Source: Octopus sinensis (Eukaryota). Taken from it: DNA of 64,000 bases. Below the pieces are notes generated by a model that made no database searches, had not been told where the DNA came from, and saw only the letters and a list, made by a program, of their open reading frames with translations. The stretch covers positions 55,068,464 through 55,132,463 of the forward strand of contig NC_043011.1 in NCBI RefSeq assembly GCF_006345805.1. The letters are read 5' to 3'. Each line of letters opens with the position of its first letter. Position 1 is the stretch's first letter. The position numbers and the translations under genes were made by a program. Positions 1-13,360 of the stretch are shown here, one piece after another.

Positions 1-99
1 CTCTCTCTCTCTCTCTCTCTCCCTCCCTCCCTCTTCTCTCTCACACTAAAAGCAACTGTAGGTGGCAGCACCAATGGTCTGCGGTCAAAATAGCATTTC

Positions 100-147
<48 letters not shown>

Positions 148-756
148 TTATAGCAAGAAATAATATTTGTCTCTTTTTATAGAAACAAAAGGGTTTATAG
201 GACTGCAAAAGAAGTGCTCAAATGTAAATGAGATGAAGATGAAGAAGCATTGGTTATAGAGCAAACATTAAATTTGGGTCAATGACTTTACATACAACAC
301 CACCCCTCAAACATGTAATCATATATAAAAATCACCATGGTCTACAAACACAAAAAAAATAACACATATACATAAAATCACAGAAGGTAAAAGTATATAA
401 TCGAATAAAAATACAAATAGAATGGCCTTTCAAAAATTTAAATATACAGAACTAAAAATTCATAAACTACCAAAAAAACCTAATAGATAAATATATAAAG
501 ATAAAAATTAAATTAAAAATAAATGCCCACCGACTAAAGTTTTATCAGACAATTAAAATATTGAAAAAAAAAATTTTTTTTTTAATATTTGAAAAAAGTC
601 TTATACTTCCCTCACACAAGTATGTACAAAGTTCATAAGTAAACACTTTCACAGGTCAAATTTACATACATCTTGAAAAAAGTCTTTTACTCCCCTCACA
701 CAAGCACATCCAAATGTTCATAATAAACTCCACAGGTCAAATTCAACATTTACATA

Positions 757-840
757 TATCTATGGCCATTTCAGGAGCTCTCACCACTGCAGTTTATTTA
801 CAATAAAGTGCATGACAGCGATGACCCCCTCATCAGGATA
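757..840 (-). ncRNA. Type I minimal hammerhead ribozyme motif at the 3' end of a Penelope-like element
   Basis: Minus strand reads TATC-CTGATGA-G(57-nt stem II region)T-GAAA-TGGCCA-TA^GATA: stem I TATC/GATA, palindromic stem III, AUA cleavage triplet. Confidence 0.7.
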
Positions 841-2080
841 AACAGGAAATAAGAAGCACGCACACATAAAACTTTTTTATACTTTAAAAGAAAATCCCAT
901 TAACGAACCAGTCCAAATTTTCTGTAAAAATTTTTTCCGACCAACTGTGACATGGTCAGGTGGTAGACCAGCCATCTTGTTTTTAAATCTCGTGTTAGGT
1001 ATATATGAGATTTTAGTTCTGAAATCGCTTAATTTTAGAGTGCTGTTGTACACTAGCACATGTTGATCGAAAATCTCTTCATTTGCAGATAAATTAGAGA
1101 TTCTGATCGAAATAGTGGTAACGATGCTATCTCTAGTGGATTTTGGGTGATTGAACGATACATTGATATATGAAATGGATTTGTTTGGCTTATGAAATGG
1201 GTAGTATAAACCCGTGCATCATCCTTATACAGTTACCCAGTGAGGAGAGGAAAACTATCCTTAATCTGTGAAAGGAGGTATAGGCCCACTAAGTCAGTCA
1301 CCTGTGCAGAATCAGATGACCCCATGGTTATGTCTATAGCGAAGTTTCATAGACATAGAAAGAAGAACAAGTCATCAATGCAGCCTATGTGGTTATAAAC
1401 AGGTGATCTGGAAGCATTGACCAGACATATTCTCAAACCATGGCAACTCATGGACTCTTCCTCTTCTTTATTGGACAATGCTGACTACTCCATCAACAAT
1501 GTTCACTCTGCTGATATCAGTGCTTGGCCAAGTTACTCATAGAGTTAGGCTAGAAGGGCCAGGCCCCTTATTTTTTTGTTAAGGCTGATGGTAAATTTTC
1601 CTAAGTTACTCCAATCCGAATCCCCAATGCAAATCTTTGAATCAACCTTTTCCAATGCAGATCTCTAATGCAACCTTATCCAATCCAGATCTTTGAGTCA
1701 ACCTTCTTCACTGCAGATCTCCAAAGCAAACCTTCGATGCATCCTTATCCAGTGCAAACCTTCGATGCAACCTTCTCCAATGCTTATCTTTGATGCAACC
1801 TTGACCGATAGTACCCCTAGGAGGGTTTAGGACTAGATTGGGATTAGTCAGTGCCTTTTAGAGGCTCCCAAGCCTCTAGGTTGGCTTAGGTTAAGGCTTA
1901 GTTGTGATCTGAAAATAACCTCTTCTGACACAGGATTGGGAGCCCTTTTGGGCATTCTATTTTCCTTACCGGAAGGGTTCCCAACCCATGGGCCAAGGGT
2001 GGGGTTAGATGATGTGGCAGAGTCGAAAGAGCTGGCATGTGCAACCTGATCACCTCTGCCGGTCAAACTCCCAACCCATG
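760..2080 (-). mobile_element. Decayed, internally deleted Penelope-like retroelement (RT and linker remnants)
   Basis: Minus translation near 1210-1350 gives DITMGSSDSAQVTDLVGLYLLSQI...LYKDDA (PLE RT motif); near 1030-1170 gives YINVSFNHPKS..SIRISNLSANEEIFDQHVLVYNSTLK. The 5' boundary is uncertain. Confidence 0.75.
1620..1805. repeat. Degenerate tandem repeat of about 28-30 bp (CCAATGCAGATCTTTGATGCAACCTT)
   Basis: 6-7 diverged units read directly. Confidence 0.75.
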
Positions 2081-2189
2081 CATTCCTATAGTGACACTGA
2101 TTCTACAGAAGTGGGTTGGGTGTGAAAACCAACTTTAAAGTATAAATATAGATTCTTTGAATCAGCAGTGTTGTGTTTGGTTAAGTCCC

Positions 2190-2629
2190 ATTTGGGGTGA
2201 AAAATCAATAAACTGATTCCTTATGGGATTTTCCATTCAATCAGGATGAAAAAGTGATAAACCGATTCCTTATAGAATTTCCCACTAAAATTGGCTACAC
2301 CACATTTTCAACCATAACTTTTACCAGTTTTGATGTATTTTTTTCAAACTTGATGCTGGCGTTACTTAGGACTCGTGGGATCTTTGAATGCTTTAAGTTC
2401 TCCAAAAAAAAAAACCCCCAGAAAATTGCTGAGTGGAAAAATCGATAAACTGACTCCTTATGGGATTTCCCAATCAAATTGTCTGCAACCCATTTTCAGC
2501 CAAACATTTACCAATTTCAATGGATTTCGCTCAAATTTGATGTCGGTGTAACTTAGTTTGGTTTGAAACAAAGCACTTGATTAGCTTAATAATCCTAATT
2601 TAATCCTGGGCTATGCCAGGCTATACAGC
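2190..2629 (+). mobile_element. Helitron-like non-autonomous element, 3' part
   Basis: Ends with a short CCTGG..CCAGG hairpin then CTAG|T; internal direct repeats at about 2202-2240 and 2437-2477. Confidence 0.4.
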
Positions 2630-2631
2630 TA

Positions 2632-2672
<41 letters not shown>

Positions 2673-2744
2673 TGGATAATAAAATGAATGGTGTATAACA
2701 AATGAAAGACAGAAGATGAAATATACAAGAATATAAGTGTAATC

Positions 2745-2990
2745 ATGTTGCCAGCTTTAGGTCAATCAATAAGAGACATTTGACATCTTTGGCAGATTTT
2801 ATATGGCAACTGAAGGAGGGTAAAACGAAGTACAACATTAATTGATCCATAGTTAGACATGCAAAACCATACAGTGCAATTTCCAGGAGATGCCGTCTCT
2901 GCTCCGAGGAATCCCTGTCTATTCTGTGGACTAACAAGAAGATCATTAATAGAATTTCTGAGTGACTATTGAGATGCCTACACGCATATA
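2745..2990 (+). mobile_element. Penelope-like GIY-YIG endonuclease C-terminal fragment
   Basis: LADFIWQLKEGKTKYNIN*SIVRHAKPYSAISRRCRLCSEESLSIL matches the PLE endonuclease tail pattern. Confidence 0.75.
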
Positions 2991-3690
2991 AATGTACTTT
3001 CGCACAATGCAGTGAGAATGAAATTTGAGTAACCGTTAATTTAGTGTAATTTTATTTTACTTTACTTTAAGGTTTGGATGACTTAAGTCTACTTTTAACC
3101 TCCCCGTTCTTCTAAACACCAAGTAAATAACTGACTCACTTTGTGATCATGAGTGCACCAAATCTTGCGTGTGTGTCTGCTCACATGTTTGCTGATGCTT
3201 CTATGAACATGTGTGCTCGTGCCGTGCAGCTTGCCTGAGGCCGTTTATACATCCATATCTATCAACGGTTATTTTCAATACTTTTCTCACTGGATTACCA
3301 TGTTCGTTTCTCTTTTTGTCTTCTGCAATTTTATTTTCGATCTTCTATATATATATATATATATAAAGATTTTGCCTCCGTCTGGCTGTTTTTCTCTCTA
3401 CAGAAAGTTACATTGTGGAACAGTCATTTTCACGAGTTGCTTTTTTGTTTTTATTTATTTATCACCCAACAAGATACGTCTGTACCACCGGATACTCCTG
3501 AACCAGTTGTTGAGTGTCCCACAAGAGGAATCGATGCTAGATGTGTCGAAACAATTGTCGCGATTAATAATATATTCTCATATATTTCATCTTCTGTCTT
3601 TCATTTGTTATATATATATATATATATTATATATATATATATTATATATATATATATTTTATAAATAGAGATATATATATGTGTGTGTGT

Positions 3691-3743
<53 letters not shown>

Positions 3744-3859
3744 TACAGCCACTATTTAGTAAAAATGGCTCACTAACTGCAGACCCGGGGAAGATAAGTG
3801 AAGTGCTAAATAAACAATTCTGAAGTGTTTTTATTTCTCCACTGGAAAATATGCAAATA

Positions 3860-5480
3860 AACAAGCCGGAGGAGTTTTTCAATGTAATGAATCTTTTCGG
3901 AAAAGGGGCAATCATCGATTACATCAATGTAATATCAGTTATTGATGCGTTGAGATCAAACTCAGCAACAGGCCCAGACGGACTCCCATCTGTTCTCTTA
4001 AAGACATGTAAAAAGGCTCTTGCAAAACCCCTGCAGATATTCTTTCAGAGTTTCTTTGCATGTGGTAAACTTCCCAACATGCTAAAAGAAGGTATAATAT
4101 GCCCTGTCTATAACAGAGGGAACAGAGCAGATGCTAAAAACTACAGGCCCATCTCTCTGACCTCACATGTTAGCAAGACAATGGAACACATTGTCAGAAG
4201 AAGGTTGATCACGTTCCAAGAAGAAAACAACCTTCTCACAAACATGCAACATGGCTTCCATCCAGTCAGCTGTAGACGTGATATACCTCGATTTTGCCAA
4301 GGCTTTCGACAAGGTTGACCATGGCATGATATGTCACAAGCTGTGAAACCTTGGTATTACCGGGAAACTGGGAGAGTGGCTGCATGATTTTCTGAAGGGC
4401 TGGAGTCAGACAGTTGTAGCTAATGGTGCTCACTCTGAAGTGACACCAATTCTCAGCAGAGTCCCACAGGGAACTGTACTGGGGTCACTACTATTTGGGT
4501 GATCCTCTCAGACCTGCCCTCTGCAGTACAGTCAGCCAATCTGACCAGTTAAGCTGACAGCACGAAAGTATCACAGGCAGTTAGGAACCCAGAGGACATC
4601 ATAAAACTGCAGAAAGATCTGAATGAAATCTACAAATGGGCTAACAAAATAACATGCAATTCAATGCATTGAAATTTCAGGCACTCCACTATTGGTCCCA
4701 CACCAGGCTAAAATCAGAATACACTGGACCAGAAGGTAATATGATCCCAGAGTCAGAGTTAGTATGTGTCCTGGGGCTTCACATGAGCAATGATGCAACA
4801 TTCCATGTGCATATTACAAAGATGGCAACACTGGGAAGGTGAGTGGCTGGATGGATTCTGAGGACATTCAGAACCAGGAAATGGGAAGCCCTACTACTCC
4901 TATGGAAGACTTTCGTTCTCAGCCGCTTGGACTACTGCTCCCAACTTTGGTCCCCAGAGAATGTGAAACAAACTGTGGAACTCAAAGCAATCCATCACCA
5001 ATACACAAAGAACATTGACTCGATGCAAAAGATGGGCTACAGGGAAAGGCTAAAGGAGCTGAGTCTCTATTCCCTGGAGAGAAGATGAGAGAGATAAGCA
5101 GTGATATATATTTGGAAGATCTTGGAGGGTTTAGCTCCCAATTTTGGAATTGACAGCTATACCAATCCTCAAACTGGACGGCACTGCATCATACCAAAGA
5201 TCTCTGCAATAGTCTAGGTTTCAAGGGCCTGCAATTGTTCAACATCCTTCCAGGCAACCTTAGAGATCCACATGGTGTTGATGTGGAAATTTTCAAAGAA
5301 CATCTGGACAGGTTTCTGTCTGAGATATGAAATGAACCCACATCGTGGAAGGAGACGCAAAGAAGAGCAGCTCTGTCCAACTTGCTACTTCACCAAAAAC
5401 AATATTGGAAACAACACCGAGTAACTACAGCTGGTGCACCAGCATGACCTCGGCCCTGGGTTGAAACCAGTAAAAGATAA
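3860..5480 (+). mobile_element. 5'-truncated, decayed CR1/L2-group LINE (RT domain to 3' end)
   Basis: SATGPDGLPS, NYRPISLTSHVSK, QHGF, DFAKAFDKVDH, VPQGTVLG and RERLKELSLYSLERR motifs, with frameshifts and stops. Confidence 0.9.
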
Positions 5481-5551
5481 AAGATATATATACATATTTC
5501 GTCTTTGGATTTGGTTTGCAAGATTCTTTATATGAGTTCGTGTGTTGAAGC

Positions 5552-5751
5552 ATATTCTATTGTGTCTGGAGAGAGTCATTTTCTTTTTGTGTCTTATTAT
5601 TTAATACACTCACCAGTAAAATTTCCACTTTTTTCTTATTTTTATTTTCCTGAAATTTTCGTTTATTGAAACGGTTAGAAATTTTACCGGTGAGTGTGTT
5701 ACATTATAAGGCACAAAAAGAAAATGACTCTCCCCAGACACAACAGAATAT
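5552..5751. mobile_element. MITE with about 70-bp inverted arms
   Basis: atattctattgtgtctggagagagtcattttctttttgtg...gtaaaatttc is mirrored by gaaattttac...cacaaaaagaaaatgactctccccagacacaacagaatat. Confidence 0.65.
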
Positions 5752-5770
5752 ATACATACTTATTTATACC

Positions 5771-5809
<39 letters not shown>

Positions 5810-6514
5810 CCTCCTCCCTCCCTGTCCCAACTGACTCCTGTGTCAGTGACTTGTGAAAAGCACCATCTGAATGTGGTCAATGCCAGTGCCGTCTGACTGG
5901 CACCTGTGCCGGTGGCACATAAAAAGCACCCACTACACTCTTGGAGTGGTTGGCGTTAGGAAGGGCATCCAGCTGTAAAAACCTTGCTGGATCAGATTGG
6001 ACCCTGATGCAACTTCCTGGCTTGCCAGCATGGAAAACGGACATTAAATGATGATGATGATGATACCAATCCAATCCCTACCATTCAAATAAATTGTGAT
6101 AATAGTCTATTAGGGCTGGTGCTGTTTTAATACATCTGAATAGTTAGCCTATTGGTTCAATTGATCAGAAATGCAAAGCTGTTTGTTGTAGGCATTGTGT
6201 TATATACTTAAGAAAAAAAATTTTTTTTTTCTAACTTATTACTTATCTCAAAATATTCATTAAAAAAATTCTACACTTGGTGTTAGGGAAAATGCTGAAC
6301 TCTAAAATTTTCCATATCTACTATTACGAATTATTTGGTCTGCAAGAACATTTTTTAAAACTAAAGATTTTATGAAAATTTTTAGTTTTAAATTTTAAAG
6401 TTTTTTTGTTTAAAATTTGCTTTTGCTTCAACTAATGCTAGATTAAGTATTACAAGTTACTTTTAATTACAATAATGTAATTTAACTCTATGTTATTTTC
6501 TTTCAATATTCCAG

Positions 6515-6671
6515 AATTCTTTACTCCCACCATCCCAGAGGTGCAGAGATCAAACATCAAAGCTTCCTACTGGACCTCTGAACAGAAAGAAATTATTAGC
6601 ATTCCTTGAAAAGAAAGCCAAAGAGGAGAAGGACTGGGAAGAAGCAAAGCCTTATACTGGAGAGAAAAAAG
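6515..6671 (+). CDS. TMOD: Tropomodulin, first coding exon visible (NSLLPPSQRCRDQTSKLPTGPLNRKKLLAFLEKKAKEEKDWEEAKPYTGEKK)
   Basis: ccag acceptor at 6511-6514, GT donor at 6672. Peptide matches the recalled tropomodulin N-terminal region (LLP..QR..QT...PTGP..R..LL..LEK.A...KD.E...PYTGEKKG). Phase 0 to 1. Confidence 0.95.
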
Positions 6672-7078
6672 GTTTGGATAGATTTGTCAGTCTTGAAATA
6701 ATTGGTTAACTACCTGTAATATGGGCTGTTGATAGTTAATCACTTGAAATGATGAAATATAATGTGGAGTTAGAGCCAGCAGTGTTTGCTGTTGAATAGT
6801 TAGAGCTTCTTATGCTTAAAATAAATTTAGAAAACCGCTGCATTTATTAATGATAAAAGAATTATGAAAAGATGCAGAGAGTAAAAAATTTAACTTATTT
6901 GATGTACGGGATCGAGTAAGTGCATGTGAACTTATTAAGTGAAATTTAAAGCCTTCTGTGTTAATTATGGTAAGCTTAGCTGCAGGATATGTTGTTATAG
7001 TTTCATATTTGCTCAGGAGTTTTTCTCATTTAAAAAAAAAAATGTATGAATGCTCTTTAATTTCATTTTCTTTAACAG

Positions 7079-7198
7079 GTAAAGCCTATGTTCCCAAGGA
7101 GCCACCCAAGATTGAAAATATTGTAGATGAAGAAGTTCAGACTGAATGGGATGACATTTTGTCTAAAGCTACTGAAGAAGAGCTGGTAGATTTGGCAG
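7079..7198 (+). CDS. TMOD: Tropomodulin exon (GKAYVPKEPPKIENIVDEEVQTEWDDILSKATEEELVDLA)
   Basis: AG/GT bounded, 120 nt, phase 1-1; contains the conserved ATEEELVDLAA motif. Confidence 0.95.
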
Positions 7199-7362
7199 GT
7201 AAGATACCCACTTAAGTACGGTTTGCATTATATTATTAGATGATTTGATATTTCTTTTTCTTTTTAAATGATTTAAATAGTTATGTTACAGTAATAAAAG
7301 ATACAATTCTATGAATTTAAATTCATACTAATAGTGTATTAAATTTCTTTAACGAATTTCAG

Positions 7363-7446
7363 CTGTCCTTGGATTCCATGGAATGTTGAATCAAGTTCAG
7401 TATAATGCATCCATAGAAGACAAGGAAATCGTTGGTGGATTTGCTG
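7363..7446 (+). CDS. TMOD: Tropomodulin exon (AVLGFHGMLNQVQYNASIEDKEIVGGFA)
   Basis: AG/GT bounded, 84 nt, phase 1-1; A.LG.H.M.NQ.QY motif. Confidence 0.95.
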
Positions 7447-9697
7447 GTAAGTGGCAATGCTTTCAAAGTACTTGGCATCTCTTTTAAATAATACAGTTTC
7501 CCACTTTCAACATTTTTTAAAATTTTCTTTTTTTAAATATGTTTTTGAATACAGAACATTTCCATTTGGAAACTTCGTTACAAATTGGTTAATTGGTAGA
7601 CATACTTCATGAGAAATGGTGACTGTTGAAGCACAATATCTTTTTGCGTGAAGTTTACATTTGTATTGAGTGACATATTTCCTAACAACACTTGTTCCAG
7701 TATCCTTGGTCTATGGGATGTCTGGTACACACCTTTAATTTAATGAGTCGTATTTGTGTTAATTCTTCCTCAGTGCTTTGTTCACAATATCAAGACATAA
7801 AGTTTGTTCCTTCAATGGCTGTTTCCCATACTAATATGGCTTAGAAAAGGCAAATATTTGCGGCTTGATTTTTACAACTGGATGCTCCTCTTTGCCTGTT
7901 TTTCAAATAAGGAATTTTTGATTCCTGAGGAATTCAAGAATGCAGAGCTTGCAGATATTTATTGACAGGAAATGTCAACAAACATCACTGATTGCAGTTC
8001 AACTTCAAATGGAGGTGTTACCATCTTTAAGCCATTGTTCAGTGTAGATTGCAAACGTTCATGCACTATGACAGTCTCTCTCTCTCTCTCACTCACACAC
8101 GCACACACATATGCATAACAGGTTTCTTTCAATTAAGGTGTCACAAAGTGGGTGTCTAAGTCACATGGTTAACAAGTGAACTTGTTAACTACACAGCCAG
8201 ACATTTTAATCTGGGTTCAGTTGATTTTTGATGCAGATCTAATCCTGGTTTATTCAGAAGTTATCAGATTTTTTTTATAGGTGTCACATTATTCATACTC
8301 TTTCTCGTTTCCTTTTAGTCCCCCTTTCTCCAAGTTGCTCTGATTAAACGGTTGGTGACAGCTTTAGAATAGCCTCATCAATGGCCTCTGATATAAAATA
8401 AAACCATGGTGTCTTTCAGACCACCACATTTATCACTCTTTCTCAATTTCTTTGTTTCTCAATTTCTTTGTGAAGACATCCTGTTTGCCGCAGATTGTCC
8501 TGAGACACAGGGACAGAATGACCGAGGAGCCGCTGGTTGCCGAAGCAGACACTCCGAGGATTTTCACCTGAGCCCTGTCTGCCAGGTTGTGACCCTAATA
8601 CCACTTGGTGTCAGACCAATCCGCCTTGGGTGGCCCTACCAGGAACCGAAGTTCCTGACGGCATAGCTCTGACACTACCCGTTGCCAGTGTCCCCACCAT
8701 GGTGAGGAGGGGGATGGACTTTGTTTCTGCTTTGGCTATAAACATCTTTGCCATGTTTCAACAAAGTCAGGATCATTCAACACCAATTTACATCCTATTA
8801 AGGACACCTTAGTTATGAAGTAAATAATTCACAGAAACAATTTAGAAAAAGAAATACTTCAGTAAAGAATATGATTTATATGATAAAGAAATAACTATAC
8901 ATAACTGGGTGTTCAGTGTAACTGATATGAAAACAGTTCTGTTAATTGTTTTAACTTAAGGCCATCTTACTCATCAAAGTGGGGAAGGCCTTCTTGTCTT
9001 CAAGACTGATTACCATTGGCTGCCCACTCACATAATTTGCATATATGCATACACAAACACAGAGGAGTTTATTTTGGATAACATTTTCATATTTCTACTA
9101 TAACACCAATCTATTTACAATATGGACTTCAGTTGTATTATTAATAGTAACGGCCTGAAATATTAGGTTGACAGAGTAAAATTGTTGCAGTATTTAGTTC
9201 TGCACATTTATGTTTGAGTAAAAAACCTGCTGAAGTCACTTTTTCTCTTTCCAAGATCAATAAAATATATATCAGTTAAGTAATGGGTTGATTAGATCAA
9301 GTATATATATCCACCGCAGCAAAATAATGTTAGCCTGTCTACCTTTGTCATAATTGATTAATAATATCTTTCGCTTTAGAATATATTTCATGTCCATATA
9401 TTCTCTTGAATGATATCCATACAAACTATTTAATCAACTACTTTGTTATATAATAGCACATACAATGAGAAAATGAGATACTTTTGAAGATTACTATTAA
9501 ATTTTATGTAATCTAGTTGGGTGTCTTTTCTGAGCCCTTTTTAACATTTTTCTAATTTAAACATTGCATTTCTAAATTTTTAAACAAATCTATATCAATG
9601 TTTCTAAGTTTCATATAAAGTTGTTATTGCGTACAATTAGATAACAAAATTGTAATGTTTATGTTGATTTATCATCTTTTTCTCTTTTTTAATTAAG

Positions 9698-9828
9698 GTG
9701 TTGCCAGAGCTGAGGATCTAAGAGTTTTCGAAGAACTGGCTCCTAATACGACTAACTATGAGGAAAGCTTAACAAGACTGAAGGATAATGATCCAAAATT
9801 GAAGCATCTTAATCTTAACAACATTAAG
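9698..9828 (+). CDS. TMOD: Tropomodulin exon (GVARAEDLRVFEELAPNTTNYEESLTRLKDNDPKLKHLNLNNIK)
   Basis: AG/GT bounded, phase 1 to 0; PN.T..EE.L...K.ND..L...NLNNIK start of the LRR domain. Confidence 0.95.
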
Positions 9829-10576
9829 GTAAGGATCATCATCGTCATCATCGTTTAACGTCCACTTTCCATGCTAGCATGGGTTGGACGGTTTGACTGG
9901 GGTCTTGGAAGCTAGGAGGCTGCACGAGGCCCAGTCTGATCTGGCAGTGTTTCTACAGCTGGATGCCCTTCCTAACGCCAACCACTCCGTGAGTGTAGTG
10001 GGTGCTTTTTACGTGCCACCGGCAAGGCTGGCAACAGCCACGATTGGTTGGTGGTTTTTACGTGCCACCGGCATGGAGGCCAATCGAGGCAGTGTTGGCA
10101 ACGGCCACATTCGGATGGTTCTTTTACGTGCCACCGGCACTGGTATCACAACTGCAATTTCCATTGATTGTTGATCGATTTTGATTTCACTTGCCTCAAC
10201 AGGTCTTTGCAAGCAGAGTTTTGTGTCCCAAGAAGGAAAGGGCCACGTTCGGATGGTTCTTTTACATGCCACCGGCACTGGTATCACAACTGCGATTTCC
10301 ATTGATTTTTGATCGATTTCGATTTTATTTCCTATAAACTTAATATTTATTTACAATGTGTATTTTTAAAAATATTTATAAGTCTTCTCTTTCAATTTCT
10401 TAATAAAAATTGTTTTGTAAAATATAAATTTTATTTGTATAAACCAATTCAAGTTTTTGGCCAAATAATTCTGTACCATTGCCTTTTTTGAAACCTCAAA
10501 TATTGTAAGCATATTTTACTTATTTCTTTTAATTACATGTTATTCATCACGAAACTTTTCAAAAAATTTTTTCCAG

Positions 10577-10684
10577 GGCATTCCAAAAGAAAAATTGATA
10601 GAAATAGTTGGAACACTGAAGACAAACACACATCTAGAAATTTTTGAAATGGCTAGTGTGGATGCTACAGATTTTGTGGCCAAG
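10577..10684 (+). CDS. TMOD: Tropomodulin LRR exon (GIPKEKLIEIVGTLKTNTHLEIFEMASVDATDFVAK)
   Basis: AG/GT bounded, 108 nt, phase 0-0. Confidence 0.93.
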
Positions 10685-11153
10685 GTGAAATTTCTCTACT
10701 TTTCAATATTATTCTTCATCAAATATCAAATGAACAGTTTTTACTTTTGTAAGGCAATGACAAATATAGCAAAAGAATGGATCACACATTCTGGACTCTA
10801 AAGTCTTACTGCAAGCATTGCATTACGTATAGAAGTGTGTGTTAATTTTCTTTAGATTGATATTTTTTCTAGTATAGGATATAAATGATATATAAGTAAG
10901 CTCAACTTTTCTATATTAATTAAACCATAATGTATTTAATTTCTTTTGTTCTCCAAACAATTTATTATGATTTTACATCTGCTCTTTTTCTATACTTGCA
11001 CAAGAATTGAAAGAATTACCTCCCTTAAACTAAATTCTAAAAACCTGATGCTGTAAATTTTTTTCATATGATTAGACTATATTAGCTCCGCAGAGAGAGA
11101 CTGTAAACACACAAATCAGCTATTTTCTTAATTTATGTATTTTCTTTTCGCAG

Positions 11154-11297
11154 GCATTAGGAGAAGCCTTGAAAGATAACAAAACATTGCAGATCTTAAA
11201 TATTGAATCAAATTTCATCTCTGGAGAATCAATTGTTGAAATTTTAACTGGCGTTGAAAGCCACAAAGCATTAAAAGAGCTAAGAGTGGAAAACCAG
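11154..11297 (+). CDS. TMOD: Tropomodulin LRR exon (ALGEALKDNKTLQILNIESNFISGESIVEILTGVESHKALKELRVENQ)
   Basis: AG/GT bounded, 144 nt, phase 0-0; LN.ESNFI.G and EL...NQ motifs. Confidence 0.95.
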
Positions 11298-11512
11298 GTA
11301 ACAATGTACTATATTTCTATAGAAATATGTTTTTTTTCGAAATAGTTTCAGACAAGTTGCTGAATGAGAAATAGATAAGACAGAAAAAAAAATATTTCTG
11401 TAGTGTAAATTTTGCTATACCAAATATTATATTGCACCCTTGTTAACATCCAAAATTATGCTTGTGACAGCTCCTCTATACAAATAGCCTGGCTTGTGTT
11501 GCAGAAGCTAAA

Positions 11513-11900
11513 TAATAATGAAATTATTGTATACAGTGCTCAGGTGCCCCACAACTTGTGAAAAGTGCGTATAAAGCATATGCAGTAATGTACAAATGTC
11601 TGGAAAGCGAACAGTGTATGAGTCAGATACATGCTTGCGTGTGTATGGAGGGGAGAAAATCAGGTGTAGTGTTGGCGAATCTCAGGAAGCATGGAAGTTT
11701 TGAAGGATGCAGTGCTCCGACAACTAACAACTGATGCCGGCAGTTTGTTCCTTGCTTCAGCAACTCTTAGCGTGAAAAAATGTTTCCGAAAGTCATGGGA
11801 GCTGTGCTGTTTTCTGACTTTGTAAACATATCCACAAGTGGTAGACGGGTGGAGTTTGAAAAGGTGCTCAGAGTTATTGTTTGTAGAAATAAGTTATGTT
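11513..11900 (-). mobile_element. CR1-group LINE 3' end
   Basis: Minus translation GHVYKVRKQHSSHDFRKHFFTLRVAEARNKLPASVVSCRSTASFKTSML, followed by an (ATT)-type tail. Confidence 0.8.
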
Positions 11901-13360
11901 CTTCAATGAAAGGAATTGGCCATTACTTTAAAAATTGAACTCTGATTTTAATCCTGCTATCTACTGTCTTCTCTCATTGCTTGAGTATTAGAAAGACAAG
12001 CTGTAATTAGTTTTTCAATGATTCTACCTCCCCTACAACATCAACCCTCTGAAATTCCTTTCTAGCCAACATTTTCCTTTCAGACATTACCAACTTAGAA
12101 ATGTAACTGAACAGTAAATGTATAACTCTTTTTATGTCACAAGACTCACGAGTACTGACTCCAAAGAAATAATATATACAGCAGGGTATCTGTGTATGAA
12201 CATAATCCTTTCTAGAGCCCCGTCATTGATTAAGCAAATTGTTTCCTACATTCATTATTGGATTACATATCAATAAAGGTAATTCATTCTAAACCATGAC
12301 CTAACTTCACATAAAGCTATGCAACGATGTTTTATTTGTTCATCTACCAATAGCAGATACATGTGTGTGTGTTTCCCTTGTGTTGCTTCTGTCAATCCAT
12401 GGTTATGTTTTTAGCAAAAAGTATGAGAAATACTATTCATCATCATCATCATCATTTAATGTCCGCTTTCCATGCTAGCATGAGTTGGACGAATGACTGA
12501 GGGCTTGTGAACCAGATGGCTGCACCAGGCTTCAATCTTGATCTGGCAGAGTTTCTATAGCTGGATGCCCTTCCTAACGCCAACCACTCTGATACACTCC
12601 GAGAGTGTAGTGGGTGCTTTTACATGCCACCGGCACGGGGCCAGTCAGGCGGTACTGACAACAACCTCGCTCGAATCTTTTACTCATGCCACTGGCACAG
12701 GTGCCAGTAAGGTGATGCTGGTAATGATCACGCTCGAATGGTGTCTTTTACGTGCCACCAACACGGAGGCCAGATAGCCGCTCAGGCAACGATCATGCTT
12801 GGATGGTGCTCTTAATACCCTACTAGCATGGGGCTCGTGTTCATTGTTCTCTCTGTTCATTTAGTATCCGTGTATGGACAGCCCACTGTATACAAAGATA
12901 TTAGTTCCTAGAAGCAGTTCACAACTTTACCTTGTAACATCAAATTATAACAACTATGCTTGTCTTTCGAAACAGAAGTAGATACGAAAAAAATTTATTA
13001 AGTATGTAAAAAACTTATCAACATTTTGCTGTTAAGGAGTACATCTTTAAAATGCCTGAAAGAAAACATTCAATGTTGATGCTCACAACATCATCATCTG
13101 TCATTTCATTGGTTGTTGTTGTTTAACCCCAGGTCAGGCCTGTTTCAGCAAACCTGTAATCAAAAAGCTTTGTAGCCTTCATCATGCCATCTTGTTGTTC
13201 AAATGAGACTACATTGTATAAGGCAAAAGGATAGGCTGTAACTTGAGGGAATTTGGCTGATATTTCTTGCAGATCCAGTAATTAGATAAAGGCTCTATCA
13301 GTGGTTAGTTATTTCTTCAGTTATTTTCTATTCAATACTCATCTAATATAATAGTAACTA

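Noticed and set aside
1-6514. Search for the N-terminal coding exon of tropomodulin; DEDEEAL-like string near 232-252
   Set aside because: In-frame stops flank the string and no suitable splice sites were found; the exon is probably upstream of the window.
8480-8720. GC-rich segment resembling an RTE 5' UTR, possible HDV-like ribozyme
   Set aside because: I could not build the nested double pseudoknot by eye; needs an RNArobo/Infernal search.
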